Notes: generated by a model from the sequence alone, not told the origin. Counted from the first letter of the whole stretch, positions 12,348 through 26,960 are shown. The stretch: 63,959 bases of DNA, filler included, from Conidiobolus incongruus B7586 (GCA_000697335.1; 9 parts of 9 records of this genome joined end to end with filler, not necessarily neighbours in it); one strand, 5' to 3'. A program made the numbers and translations.

Positions 12348-13822
12348 TCAATGGGTGGGACTCCTTGCTTGCATTGAAATACTCTCTTCTAGGGAATGTC
12401 TCGATTTGGGAGGGACAAAGGGTGCCATATTGATGCCTGGAGCTGTGTTAGGAGCCAAGTGTTCGTACTCTTCAAAGTGCTGATCGTCTTCGATTTGGAG
12501 AGGATCGAATTTGTCATGGCCATGGTGGTGATCAGTGTGACCAGATTTCAATTTGGTGAGATTGTAGAGTGTAATACCGAAAAGTGCAATGATTAGGCCT
12601 GTAATATTCACAATGGTAAACTTGTCGCCAAAAATAGCACCTGATAGGATTAGAGTGAGAACTTCTTTGAAAATACCCGCTACGGATAATGTAATGACGG
12701 AGGTTTTGGAAATGAGAGCAAATTCACTCATAATCATGAAGAATGCGGCAATACCTCCAATTGACATGTAGCCCAAAGTACGTAAACCTAACCAAAAAGT
12801 TCCAAAGAACTCGGGCTTTTGGAACAATTCCCAAGGATGTTCAATGGGTGCTGATAGGATAACAAGTGTGAAAAACATAACAGGAGTTAAAAATACGAGT
12901 GAAGCAACTGGATTCGTCATTCCCAGCGACTCCTTGTGCAATAGAATTTGAGTGAGCGACCAGCGCAAACCGCCAAACATTGTAGCAGTCATCACTAGTA
13001 AGAATCCTACCAAGTCGAATTTGCTTTCGTCTAGCACCATTAATAAAACACCAACACTGATAATTGCTATAATGCCAATCAGACGCCACGTGGGTTTCTC
13101 TAATTTGAATAGGAAGGCAAATAATAAAACAAATGCAAGGGAAGAAGATTTACACATGGCTAATTTAATGAATTAATATCTAATACTAATATAAAATAGA
13201 GTCAATATTACTATAAAATGAGAGACTAATAGTTTTGAAACTGAAATTAGATAAACCAATATCTAAAGATGTAGTAACACCACAGGGTAAGACTCTAGTA
13301 CTAAATATAGTGTTAATAATTATTCAAAGTATATTATTCTAGTAATTACCTGTAATCCTTCATTTTTGGTATTTTAGGCCTTAAACTAGGAACCAAGGTG
13401 ATAGTTGTCAGAGATAGAATGAACTGCATAATCATATGCGTTGAAGTCACCAACAGAGGGTAGTTAAGGTTAAAATGTTCTTTACCAAACATCCACTTAT
13501 TATACAAACTCAGTCCAAATGAGAATACATACCTATCTCTTATAAATACCACTTAATATTATGTATATAATTTATATTACCATGAAGCAATCAATAATCC
13601 CACAATACAAGTATCTCTAGACAGAATGAATTTGGATTTAATAATAGATTTGAGTCTATGTTTCCAACTTGGTTTCTGATAAGTTTGGTGGTGAAAATCG
13701 AATTCGGTATCAGACATTTCGTCTAATAAATCAAACTCTTCTTCCTCTGGATCTTGAATATAATAATTATTATTACTATTATTCATAATTGGTGTACTAC
13801 TATTTATCGTTTTATTATTCAT
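12348..13822 (-). CDS. Triose-phosphate/nucleotide-sugar transporter family (SLC35C2-like), 4 exons
   Basis: ORFs 13577-13822, 13346-13552 and 12348-13157 plus a short exon near 13212-13300 join via GT-AG introns. Motifs: SLYNKWMF, YPLLVTSTHMIMQF, MCKSSSLAFVLLFAFLFKLEK, GLRWSLTQILL, TLSVAGIFKE. Confidence 0.9.
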
Positions 13823-15266
13823 TATTATTTCTATAATTATTTAAGTATCAATCAAAGTCAAAATTTAATATTAATACTACTTATAATAATATAATTATGA
13901 TATATATATATATATGTATGTATGTATTATTATTATTATTATGAAAGTTAATTAAAAAGAATTAAGTGACCGAAAATTCAGCTAAAATTTATTTTTTTTA
14001 ATTATTTTAAAATAATTTTTTGTGGTATTTATAGTTTAAATTAAAAGATTTTTTTTAACATTTCAATAATCTACCAATATATAAATAGATTTTAAATATG
14101 GAATAATTATGTGAATATATTAATATGATATTTTTTTTCACACTGAATTTTTCTATTATTTTAGTATATAAATATTTTAATATTAAATAATAATAATAAT
14201 AATAATAATAATAACTTCAATTAAATATACTTGATTATATCAATTTTACTTAAATCAATAGTGTAATTTACCTGATAAAATTCTGATTAAGGTGTTGATT
14301 CTAAAGATCCAATCTAAACAATACACATATTGCGATAATTAATCTTGCAAAAGGAAATTACGGATAATACTTAATTGATTGGAGAATATATGGTATTATT
14401 TATATAAGATTATCCTTTGATCATGTCTAATAATTATGGATTTAGAAACTTCTAATATCTCTTTCATACTTTAATTTATCAGTTGAAATGATATATGAGT
14501 AATCTCATTGAGAAAATTAGGTACCTTTTTGATGGTTTATAATCTATTAATTATAACCTTCATTATGGCATTATTCACGAAAAACATGGGATAAATTAAG
14601 CATATTATTTGTAGAAAATATTTTTTGAAAATATGTAGGATATTTTTAATTCATTTCAATTCATATAAACTAAAAATATCAGCAATACTTTATAATAATC
14701 GCATTTTTGAAACTAAATTTGGTTAAGATTATTAGTTGTTTGAAATTATTTAATTAATAATAAGTGAATATCCTTGACTTGGTTAATTATTGGCAGGTGA
14801 TTTTGTATTATTCACATAAAATTCCCAAATTTATTTTTTTTAGCTGATAAATAACTTTTAATAAAAGTTAAATTATCAACGAATATACTTTAATTATAAT
14901 ACTATTATTTATTCAATATTAGATAATGGTTAAGATTTTTCTAACTTGAAAAATATTTATTTTTTTGTAGAATTTTAGCTAGTTAAAATGAAAACATATG
15001 AAATTGACTGTCATTCAAGCTTGAGATTAGTTAATAATAATATAATATTATCAATTTAAATAATACTGAAATTTTAAAAATATAAATCTAATCTATTTAT
15101 CAAATTAAGATATATTTGGTAGTAATAATAGATAAAATGATTATTAAGAATAAAAAATGATTTAACAATTTTCTTATTCCCATAAATTTTGAATTACTTG
15201 AAAACTAGTCAATTAATATTAAATAAATGAATAATTAAATGATGTATAATAATCAAAACTTTTAAA

Positions 15267-15753
15267 ATGGCATTTCCACGTATTAGATTTAGTTTAAAAA
15301 CTAAAAGAAGAGCAATTAAAGCAATTTGGATAGCTATTGCTTTCTATATATTTAAAACTTATCAAGTTTGGGATGCTTTTATCCATGAGCCTTTGGTTAC
15401 TGAAAGGTACTTAATTCATATTAAGTATGATATTTTTTTACTTAAATTATTTTAGTATTTTTTATATTCCAGCTATATTAACTTCAGTAACTGTTGTAAT
15501 TGTTTATGCTTATGTTTCACTTATTAAAAAGGTCAGTCTAAGATTAAAAGCTGAAAATGCTCACGCAGAGGGTAAATTCGACAATCAAAGTTGGGAAACT
15601 ACTGCAAAGAGGGAAATTCAAATAGCATCAATTTGTAGTATATTATCATTCTTTTTCTGGAACTTTTGTTGCTGGAATATATGGGGTGCTTTAACTCCAA
15701 TTATTTTAATACTATTAACTATTGGTGGTTCATCATTAGTTAGTTTCATTTAA
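15267..15753 (+). CDS. Small multi-pass membrane protein, TMEM128-like, 2 exons (intron 15407-15455)
   Basis: The intron gtactt...tttag joins the two ORFs in frame. Four hydrophobic segments. The C-terminal W-x-I-W-G-x-L-T-P-I-I-L pattern resembles TMEM128 (recognised by eye). Confidence 0.6.
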
Positions 15754-15995
15754 GTTTATTTCAATTAAATAGGTTGTTCATATTTATTCAAATAAAATGT
15801 AAAAATAGCGGCAACAGTATAATAAACATAAAGGCGTGCAAATATTTTATTTCAATGTAAAAGGTTTGAAATTGAAATTGGTTAAATAGTTATGGGTTTA
15901 AGTTTTACATGCATAATTTATTCAAGTGATAAAATAAAACATACTTCTTATAATATTGTTCAATATAAGTAATTTAGAAGTCTGAATGATAGAAT

Positions 15996-17943
15996 CTATT
16001 TCTTTTGCTTTTTTGCGGGAACTTCATCATCATCATCATCATCTACGTCATCATCATCGGTCATTTCAGACTCGGAAGATGAGCTACCAGCAATGAAATC
16101 TTCGTCCTCGCTTTCGTCTTCTTCTTCGCCTCCGCTAGCAGCTATTTCTTTGGCAACAATATCTGAATCATCTGAGTCTTCACCCAATTCTTTATAGAGA
16201 AGAGACTAAAATTGAAACGAGTTAGAAAAATTAATATAGAAAAGAGAGAATTTGATTACCTCTTCCTGAGCTTCATCAATGAGTTTAATTTTCTTGGTTT
16301 TTAGATAAGTTTCAATGTAGGGGTATTCCTCACTAAAAATAAGTTAATAACTTGGTATTTAAATTATTGTAAAATAATAATTATTACCGATTGACACTAG
16401 CGAATTGGTGATTGACACCAGACTTCAAATTGATCTTCATATCAAAAGTACGAGATCCAGCACTTGAAGAACCACCCACACGAGAAAACATAACAGATGC
16501 AATTTCAGACAAAGGTATAAGGACAACGGGTTTAGGTGCAAAGATAATACATTTTTCCAAGGGATACATAAGACCTTCATTAGCTTTGAAGGAGGCCTTA
16601 AAAGCATAAGCTCCGTGATGACTGCGGTAGGTTCCTGGAAGAGCAATCTTACGCTTGGTGATGGCACGGAAAACGTTGCTGACTACTTCATGCTTGGGAG
16701 CATCATAGTGTTTTTCAAGTTTACCGTTGAAATTCTTTTCATTAAGTTCACTAAATTTCAATAATTAGAAAATTTCAAGAAACAGTATTCAGATAGTGAT
16801 TACTCATCAAAAGTTAAGTCCATCTCGAGTTCTTCATCCTTGTTAAACTGAAGGACCAAGAATGGGTATCTGGTTTGACCTTGACGCAAAGGAGGATCAA
16901 TTTCCAAAATGAACATTACGAGAGTATCATCGGGTTTAGGTAATAAAAATAAGTTCAATACTTGATTATATAAAAGTTTATAATCGTAAGTCTTTCCTCG
17001 AAGTCTTAAGAATGTAGCAAACATATCGATGTCGTAACGACCACGAGGCAAAAGGAGAAGAGTGTCAGGGAACATACAAATAGTCTCACCAGAAGTTGTG
17101 AGATCAGCACGGGATTTGATTGATTGATAAAAGACCTAACGAAGTTGATTAATATAAAAAAAGCAAAATTAATAAATGATATTTACTTCAGCGGGAGTTT
17201 GAGTTGGCTCTTCTTCTTCCTCTTCTTCTTCTTCTTCAGACTGTTCTTCATCAGTGCCTCTGTCGCTCTCATCATCTTTCTTATCTTTGGACTTGGAAGT
17301 GGTAGGGATGTAGAAACGGATCTCAACAAGCTCATCCATATCATTACCTCTAGACTTGGAAGTCTCAGGATCTTCAGGTTGAGAGAATTCAATACTAACT
17401 TCATTCTTTCCAACAAGATTGGTGTTAGCTACTTGGTTGAGGGGAATTTCAAACATAGGTTTTTCTTCAACGTTAAATACAAGATCTGTGCCTATATTCA
17501 TGACAATTCAATATTGAAAATAAATATAGTATTTCATTTTAAATATACCTTCAAATTCAGCTTTACCCCAATTCCAACCCTTTAAGCTCATTTCCTTGTA
17601 TTCAATATTCTGTTTATAAAAGCTTTTTACAATATCTTTGAGGGTTTCATAATCCTAAATAATTTCATAAATAAATATATAAATTTTTTAAAATATTAAT
17701 TACATCTCTCTGGAAATTTAAGAATCTCACAACATTTCCATCCTTAGTTACAATAGAAAGTTCGTATTGTTTTATACAGCGCATCCAATAAAAGCGGACC
17801 ATATCATCGGATTTAATGGTGTGTAATTTGTTGATTTGAGCAGCTTTCCAACCAATACCGCTCACAGCCATTCTGAGCTTACCGATATGATTAGAGACAC
17901 CCAAGTAGATATTATCAAATTGGCTGACTTTAGTTTCTGACAT
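15996..17943 (-). CDS. POB3: FACT complex subunit Pob3/SSRP1, 7 exons, no HMG box
   Basis: Motifs FDNIYL, LKGWNWG, ELVEIRFYIP, PRGRYDIDMF, LRLRGKTYDYK, DPPLRQGQTRYPFLVLQF, KANEGLMYPLEK and SRTFD. Acidic tail ends PAKKQKK. Six GT-AG introns of ~45-60 nt restore the frame. Confidence 0.96.
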
Positions 17944-19059
17944 GTTCTATTATATAATAAAACTAGCTATATTAGAATAAGAATTAAATTTTTAACAGGC
18001 TTCAATTATGCTTACTAATAGTAATTTATAAAATTGATCTTATTATTGTTTAATGAATGCAATAGATTATTTAAATTCATGTTATTCATTTTATAATTAT
18101 GGGTTTAATATTTCATTATTTTCGTGTTTTTATGTCTCACTAAATATGATTGACTCATTTGGTTGTATTTTATAATGTTTAATATTTTGATAGTATAATA
18201 TATAAATCAAACGCTTAATGACATGCTCAACGTATAAAATAATGAAATTATTTTTTAATAATATAATAAACAAATATTTTTTGATTATAGAATTAGTGTA
18301 TATTTTATATATTATATCATCAAAGTTTTCAATTTAAAGGACATTATATTTCCTTTTTGATGATTTTAGATAACTATTTTAAATTTTTGAAGTATATTTT
18401 ATTTTTTAAACTATTATAATTTACAAATAGTGATAAAAAAGAATATGAGTTAATTGTAAATTATTAGCATGACTTAAATTCTTTATAACATATAAATTAT
18501 GGAATATAAATTTTAAGGAAAACAAAAAATTATTAAAAATGGAATGAAATATAATTTATCCAAAGCTAAAATTAAAATTGACAATATTCATATTTTTTAA
18601 CTTTATCATTTTTAAATATTATTGAATATTTTTATAAACATTGAGATCACATAAGGCGTTTATTTTTTATTGAATTATAGATTTGATTGATTAATTGATT
18701 AAATAGTATTGATATCCAAATTTAAGAAAACTGCTTTATATTTTGAGTATATGTATCATATAATTATATTTTAGAACTAAATAGTGTATAAATTATAGTA
18801 TATATCAATGTGCAATTTTTATCAAAACACTGATAAATTAAATGCTAATGGATATGAAACTTTGATTAATTAATTAGTATAATCAAATTTTAAAATTGAA
18901 TTACATCACTACTTTCTTCATTTATCATTTTTTCAATAATTCGTCTTGAAAACATATTAATAAAATAATTTTAATTTATTAGTCTAATAATTAGAATATT
19001 ATTCAAATATTGATATAAAATATAGCCTAAATATAAAATCATATTAAATTTATAATTTA

Positions 19060-22000
19060 ATGGAATTGGCAAAACCTTTAAAACGGTATAATTGTATACT
19101 TTGATTTTTAATTATTATTAATCTCTGTTTAGGACTCTTTCCAATGGATCAGACTCTACTATTACCAATCCTTCTCCTTTACCGGTTGTAACACCAAGTC
19201 GAGACGCTCCAGAATCAGAATGGCTAGGATGGTGGTTTGAGGTAATTATTATGATTATAATTGCTTTTTATATTCTTATAACATCAATTTTAATTCAAAT
19301 TAATTTTTATAATTATTTGAAAAATATACATATATATATTCATAACTTTTTTATTGGCCACTAAGGAATGAATATTTAAAATATTTAAAATATTCGCATT
19401 TTTGTCATTTACATGCCTATAAAATGAAAGATTATATTTATTATTGTAAATTCAAAATAATGTCCTTCTATTACCTCTGAAATGAATTTTTACAAAAAAT
19501 CCAAGTTTAGAAATTTTGAATCAATTTTTTATTCTACTTTTTTCATTACCTTAAATATTTAATTGAAGATGAGTAATATAAGTATATTAACAAGTAATAA
19601 TTTTTAGACTAAGTGGAATGAAATTAACCATGTCGATGTCGATACGATAAATGATAATAATATAACTCGTGTTATAGAAGTAAGATGCATTTAAATTCAA
19701 CGTATATTATTTCTAATTCCTGAATTTAGACAATAACTCAACTTAGTCCCTTGTTTCCATTTTTGCCTCATACCTACCCAACTCCGAATTTCACTTTTTT
19801 CTTAACTCACATATTGCCCAAGTTAATGATTCAAAAAATTTATCACAAACAGATTTTCAGCTTAGTCGAGATCTTGTTGCTGAGATTAGATACACCCCGT
19901 TCACCACTAAGTCATTCTAATTATCAGCCACTACTAAATCTTCTGCCAACTTTTAATCATCCACATCCACCATTAAACTATCCTAATTATCTTCTAAGAG
20001 CAATGGAAAGTTTTTTGTTAACAAAATTACACTCAATTTCTAATTCATTCCCTAATTTCCATCCTATCATCACACACTATATTATTCAATATATAAAATC
20101 ACCAACATCCCTGGCTAGGCCACCTCCACATCACCTATTTTTTTCGATTAGTAGTTTACCTGCTTCGAATTTGGAATTGTTAATTAAAAATGCGTTGGAT
20201 TGTGATAATATCCATGTTCAAAAGGTATTATTTTATTATAAACATAAGTTTATATATTAAATATTTTAAAGTTTATTCTAGATTGTCTGATATCTGGGTG
20301 CCTACAGGGAATTTCACTTCCACTTGATCTTTTTCCATATTTACTATTTCTCCTCCATCGAAATACAATCAATCCTCCACCACATCCTAACACATCTTTA
20401 TTAATTAATATACTATTTCTTTTGTACTATTTTGGTACAACCTATCCGATTTTGCTTTCAGAAAGCAGTATAAATTACAAATTATCTGAGTTTCAAATCC
20501 CTCCGTTAGACCAAGCACCACCAACGTTTGGAATTGAAATTTTTAAAAGGATCACATATTATTTACCAAGATGCTGGGATAGTAAAGTACGTCAATTTGG
20601 GTTTTTAATATTGGGTAGTCTTGGAAAGATTGTATTCAATTTTCCTGACGGTGCCTATCATGGGGATCAGCAAATTATTCAAAGTTATAATTATCCACCA
20701 TGGATGAGTTCTCTTCAAAAATCAAACAACAGTCCCTTGACAAATACCTTTCCTTCATATGATTTCTCAAATTTTCAGTCAGAGCATTTAGAATTTTTAA
20801 CTAGTGAGTTAAATCGAGAATTCATTGATCATAGAATCCAAAATCCTAATCAAAAAGAAGAACCAACTAATAAAGATAATATCGATCAAAAAGATGTTAA
20901 CAACCAAGGAATTAAATATGCAACTTCTGGAATTTCCAACCTTGACGAGGAGAATGGAGATTACCAACCGACACAGGGTGATTATGTAATTTCTGATACC
21001 AAATATAAAGTTCTTTCCTCCAAAGTAACAGGTGGATTAAGTTTTGGTATCGAGGATTTAGATCCCCAAGCCCGCATTGGTAGTCTATCAAGTTTGAGCA
21101 TTTTATCTATTCATAATCCCACAATGGTCCCTAAAGCAGTTAGTTTTGCCCTTGAGCGATTACTAGATCCTATCGATACTGTGAGAACCGCAGCATTAGA
21201 TTGTTTGATTGAGATTGCATCCGAGGGTGTCATCAAAGATCATATGTTTTCTCGAGAACAATTAGTTGAATTACTTCGCCCACTTGGAGCTCCTAATCAA
21301 GCACTTCGACAAAAAATTTACCAATTATTGAGTCTTATACCTTTTAGTAGTTACGAATCCCTTATACAGTTCTTAGGATTGTTTCAACGTCAACTCAAAC
21401 CATCCAATTACCAAGAAGATCATGATCTAATTGTGAACTGTTTTGAAGGAATTGGCTCTCACCTCAATTCTATGATCAGTATTCAATCGATTTTTGACAA
21501 GTCTTTAATTCCAAGTAAAGAGGGGCTCAACTTTCCTATTGATTGGGAGTTTGGCATTTATTCCCTTTGTCTAAAATATTTAATCAAATTGGACAATCAA
21601 TTCAGCATTAATGAATGGAATTCATTAAGTGACTATCATCAGAGAGGTATCAAATATGTATTTAATTATAGTTCTCACTCGATTAATTCAGTTCATGAAT
21701 CAGATTCATATGAATCTAAGCACAAATACGAAAGCAAATTAATCGAATTTATAGCATCTTATTTAGAGGGCAACCTTCAAGACCATGAAAGTTTCGATAT
21801 TCTATCAAACTATATCTCTCGATTCTATGATGAAAAGTCAGATTGTTTAAGGTGTTTTTATCTCGTTGTAGACTTTATAAAACTCCAACATTCTTTGGCT
21901 CATAAAGTTAAACCGGATATCTTTATAAATGGAAATGAAGACTTATCTAAATCCATCATTCAAATCGGAAACGAGTTAGAAATCTCGTTGATGGGTCCAA

Positions 22001-22860
22001 AATCTCCAAGTTTTAACTTTCTGATTCAATTAATTCAAACTATTGGGTGGTGGGGTTTGATTGCAAACTATGGATCTAAAAATCTTGAAGTTATTCAAAT
22101 TTGGAGTAAACGTTTAATTGCTTTAATCAATTATATCCAGTTTAATAGCAATCAGCTTCATTCAGAGATGGATCAATTTATATCTAGTTTCACTAAAGAT
22201 TTTATTATTCCATTACAATCTTGGCTGGATACTCCCAATCATTCATTTGCCGATATTCAACAAACTATCTTAAAAGGTCATAATCTTTGGAACAGTTTTG
22301 GTTCAATTAGTAATTGGCTCAAGCTGGTGTATCATAGTTCAATAGACTTTGTCAAAAGTTTGAATTTGACAGATTTTTGTCAAGCTCGAATCCAAGTCAA
22401 CTCTCCATTACCAAACCAAAAAAAGCAGCCTGTCCCAGTAGAGTATAGTGTTGGTGCTTCAGTTCCATTTAATTTCACTTTTCATAATATTCAATTAAAT
22501 CAACTTCAAAATATCGTGATCTGTATCCAATTATCAGATAATCAGGCTAAGTATCATCGATTATTTAGATTAGGAAATTGGACTAATTTGGGTAACCATT
22601 CTTGGTGCTTTGATGGTGACTTACAGTTGGGTATCCCTAGTATCGATGGAACCTTTTTAATTAGATTAAAATTGGGTATTGTTGATAAGAACTGGGTTGA
22701 CAATACATTTTTAGAATTCTACCAATTTACGCCATTGAGATATATTCAATTTGATAAAAGTATTACTATCAACAACCATTTCGAGAATGACTGGTCCAGT
22801 GATTACCAAGGGGATTGGAGAATATGGTTTAAATTTAAAGAGCTTAAAGTTGTTTCGTAA
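19060..22860 (+). CDS. Integrator complex subunit 4 (INTS4)-like HEAT-repeat protein, 5 exons
   Basis: Introns 19086-19132, 19242-19607, 19680-19729 and 20225-20271 give one frame. The block GGLSFGIEDLDPQARIGSLSSL...AVSFALERLLDPIDTVRTAALDCL...REQLVELL matches the INTS4 core GAFVHGLEDE..EVR...LDFLVDMFNDEIEEVR. The beta-rich C-terminus resembles the INTS4 CTD. Confidence 0.72.
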
Positions 22861-24559
22861 TTTATTATATCAATTATATTTACAAAAATTATTAATAAAT
22901 GAATTAAATACAATTAAATATATACCAAAATATATGCTTTTGGATTTTTAAATGTAAATCATCCTTGTATATATTTAGAATCATGTCTGTTCAATCCATG
23001 CTTTTTTAAATTGAAACAACCAAATTTAAATTGTTTTGGAATATTTGCTCAATCAAACTTTCAAGATGTTGGTAAGTTTTTAAATCATATTGAGTTGTTT
23101 ATTAAAAATTGTTATAACCGATTAGAAGATTATGATACAACTATAGAAATAACAAATTTAATTAAAGACAAGATATCAATATTGAATATAATTTTTTTAT
23201 CTATTATAATTTTATGGCTGAACAAACTATAAGGATGAACAAAAAAAGGATAATTGTGATTTGAAATTACGGAAAAGATTAATATTTTACAAAAGTTTTA
23301 TTATAAATGAAATCTATTTGAAAACCAGAATATAGTCAAAGCTATCAGATTTCTGATATTAATTTCATTTTCAATATATGTATACTTGACCCTATAATCA
23401 ATTAATTTGGGAATCATGCTGGTCCAAGATCAATATCATTTAATTTTAATAATAATTAATATATTACTAATATATGTTATTGAATTAATTGTCTAAATTT
23501 TCACACATTATAATTCTAGAATTAATCTCTGGAATTATTAAATTAGTAATTATAAATATAGATATATCAAAATAAGCTATTTTTATATTTTTATTTTAAT
23601 TAATTGCTATTAATTTTGTAAATTTCATATTAACTGAGAATAGTATTATAATTAAAATGTATCTTTTCGAATTTTAATTATATTATCAATATTTTAAATA
23701 AAAAATATTAAATCACAATACCAAAATCTTATTCATTCACAATATGCTAGTAAAATATCTATGTTTTAACTTTTAACATTTTTTAATTATTTGGATAAAA
23801 AAAATTCATATTTATTTTAACTGATATGGTTTGAAAATTGAGAAGCAGTTTGAAAATATACAATAATTAATATAAAATATTGGTAAATAAATACATCGTA
23901 TTCAAAAGACTGAATAAATAAGTATAAGGTTAATTTTTGTAGTTACATTGAAATATACCAAGATTTTGATATGATGAGTGTATTCTCCAGCATCAGTTCT
24001 TCCCACAATTTAATTTAAAACAATTTTGAAATTATAAACCAGCTTGATCCCTGAATTAATTCTCATGTTTTAATTCTATGCCACTCCCATCTAGAATGTT
24101 ATTTATTCTTTCTAGTTAAATAACGTTCAATTCAAGTAGGCTAGAATATGCTCTTGTATCTCGGCTGGGCACTGTTTCGTAGTTGACAATTGTTGACCGT
24201 GATCAAAGAGAATCAGCATGAGATACATTTCTTTCAATAATGATAAATGAAACATTTGTATATATAGTAATAATGTAAATTGATAGTTATTCTATATCAA
24301 AACCCCTAAAATCGTATATTTTTAATTAATTCTACAGCTGGTTTTGTTAATATGTTAAAAATTTACTTTTAAGTATGTAAATAAATTAATTAAATGAATA
24401 TAACAAGTTGTTTGAAATCCTTCAATATTATTCAAATTTGATCCCACAATTTGAAATATTTCTTTCTTAATATAAATTCTTCGAATTCATAGTAATACTT
24501 AATCTTTTACTGATCTGAAGTGAAAATAATTTAAATTTAAATACTTAATCTAAATAACG

Positions 24560-26078
24560 CCATGCACCAATCCTACAATGTTGAGGGCATCGAGATGATC
24601 CCCAAAATCACATAAGATCCACAACATCCCGTCATAAACATCCGCCTACTTCATGTCCCGGCAATTGATGAAATTGGTGTTGGCGAAGTCCTTGAGGCTA
24701 AACTGAAAGCCACTTTCAGTAAATATGGATACGTCATCCTAGCTAAACATCTCTTACTTGACGCTGATCTCCCTGGCATTTATTCTCATAATGCCCTCGT
24801 GAAAATTATCCCCTTTCCCAACATCATTGACAACCCCGAACTGATCCCCAGAGAGATAATGTTTGGAGAACATGAGGTACTCGTTGATCCTGATAGATGT
24901 CCACCTCAATGCGGACACTGCAAGAAAATTGGACATATCAAACACAATTGTCCAAGAAGCCTTACAGTCAAACTTGAAAAATCTCACACTGAAGCAAAAT
25001 ATACCGGATCCGCCGATCAATACAACAAGACTAACTTAAAAGAGGAAGATTAAATCCGTATAATCCAACGGAAAACAATCCTCAGCAAAACAACATAAAT
25101 ATCCCACAACAACTACAACTTGATAATACTATCATCACTAACAAAGATAACGAAAAAAAATATAAACCCTCAAGACTCCATCAACAAAGCTTCTGCCCAA
25201 GCAAACATCACAAACCCCGACTTCCCAATCCAAGACCGCCAACAAATCCACCAATCCCAACATGCCAACAGCCAAAGCCAACCAAGCCCCAACTCTCCAA
25301 ACCCAAATCATCAAAACACGTCAAATCAGCATATATTGCAATCCAACCAAGAATTGCTCAGCCATTATGAAAGTTTAAACCCGGATGAAATACACATCTA
25401 ACCCAACTTGCCTTGCTTACTCTAACACTGGGATCTCTAAACACTAGAGGTTTGAAATCTTTAGAGAAAAGAACTAAGTTAAGCCACTTATTATCCAAAA
25501 TTCCAGATAAGTTAGATATTCTGGCTGTTCAGGAATGCAATATAACTGACACCGAAATCCTAAAATCCGAATTCCCCTACCCTAATACTTGGTTTGGCAA
25601 AACCAGCTGGCTCATCCTCAATCCCAACATCAACATCACCTCATCCCAAATGATTGACGACAAGGGCAGACTGTCTAATATCATAATCTCCTACGAAGGT
25701 CACAAACTATCCCTCTTGAACTGCTACTTACCCTCAAAAAGAAATGAACGCATTAAGTTCACTGAAAAATTTCTCTACAATATAGAATTTGAGATCGACT
25801 TTCTCTTAGGAGATCTCAATACCATAATGAACCCTATTACGGATAAATTCCCATCTCTTGACCAACGAAAACCAGAAACTTATCCATTGGAAAACTGGCT
25901 ATCCACTTTACACCTGATAGACTATTCCCTCCAAATCTCTAACAAAATTCAACAGATTCACTCAACCTAACCTGAGAAACAGATCCTTTTCAAGAATTGA
26001 TTATATTTTCACACATGACAATAACATCTGTAATATCACAAGTTATTATACCTAGCCAATCCCAATAACAGTTCATAA
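24560..26078 (+). mobile_element. Non-LTR retrotransposon (L1/Tx1-like) fragment: ORF1 plus APE endonuclease, pseudogenised
   Basis: ORF1 has an RRM-like segment (IRLLHVP...LKATFSKYG) and a CCHC knuckle CGHCKKIGHIKHNC. ORF2 has APE motifs LGSLNTRGL, DILAVQE, LNCYLP, LGDLNT and, after a 1-nt frameshift near 25968, SRIDYIF. In-frame stops are present. It is cut by a mariner relic at TA 26079-80. Confidence 0.9.
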
Positions 26079-26080
26079 TA

Positions 26081-26860
26081 CTCTGTATTTTAAACAATGT
26101 GATTTTTTTGTGATTAAAAATAAATAAATGTTTTGATATATAATAAATAAAAATGATAATATAATATAAATTTAATAGTTTCTTTTATTATCAATAATTT
26201 TTTACCATTTTTTTAACAAATTTCTAACACTTAAAAAACAATTTTTTTTATTAAGGATTAAAATTTGATATTTTACAAACTAATTAAATTTTCCTGTAGA
26301 AATTTTTTTTCTTATAGGTTAGTTTTTTAATTACCTAAAGTAATTATAATTATATAAGTTATAATTAAATGAATATATTAAATTTAATATTTTTTTCTAG
26401 CTATTTTTAATTAAAATTTTTTTTATAATTTTAAATTTATATATTTTATAATTATCATGTAAAATAATATATATCTTTAATTTATATTAAGAACATTATT
26501 TAAAAATTATTTTACTGAAATAATATATGATTTATTATTAATTCATTTTCCTTAACATATTAAATAAAAAAACTATATATTATTATAATTTTTTATAATA
26601 ATTAACACTTATTTATATTTAAAATGTTTATTTATTAAAATTTATAAAAGGGATTAATTTAATTTAACATTTTATTTTATTTTTAAGTAAAAAATTATAT
26701 AAAAAAATTTAAGATATATTAATTATAAGTATTTATTATAAAACCTTAGTTTTTAATTATATTTTAATAAGTTTAATTTAATTATAATTATTTTAATTTT
26801 TTTAAACTTTTGTTAAATTATAAAGTATATATTTTATATTTTTATTAATTAATTTAAGCT
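26081..26860 (-). mobile_element. Mariner transposon relic, 3' part, hypermutated
   Basis: The reverse complement aligns with ~35860-36652. It begins at TA followed by a TIR (CTCTGTATTTTAAACAATGTGA) and runs into a gap. Confidence 0.8.
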
Positions 26861-26960
26861 NNNNNNNNNNNNNNNNNNNNNNNNNNNNNNNNNNNNNNNN
26901 NNNNTTAATTAATTAANNNNNNNNNNNNNNNNNNNNNNNNNNNNNNNNNNNNNNNNNNNN

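Noticed and set aside
14268..14360. LPDKILIKV, resembling an F-box start
   Set aside because: An in-frame stop follows and there is no further support. At most a decayed pseudogene.
22980..23440. Possible small gene around ORF 23011-23232
   Set aside because: No ATG-initiated frame, no consistent splice model and no recognisable motif.
23970..24054. Box C (ATGATGA) ... box D (CTGA) spacing like a C/D snoRNA
   Set aside because: I could not find a convincing rRNA-complementary guide or terminal stem, and such boxes occur by chance in AT-rich DNA.
26861..26960. Palindromic TTAATTAATTAA inside N runs, eight times (also 29271, 32011, 35254, 52999, 55443, 60093, 62088)
   Set aside because: Identical 100-nt N44-12mer-N44 units with stops in all six frames. 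This is an assembly gap linker, not biology.
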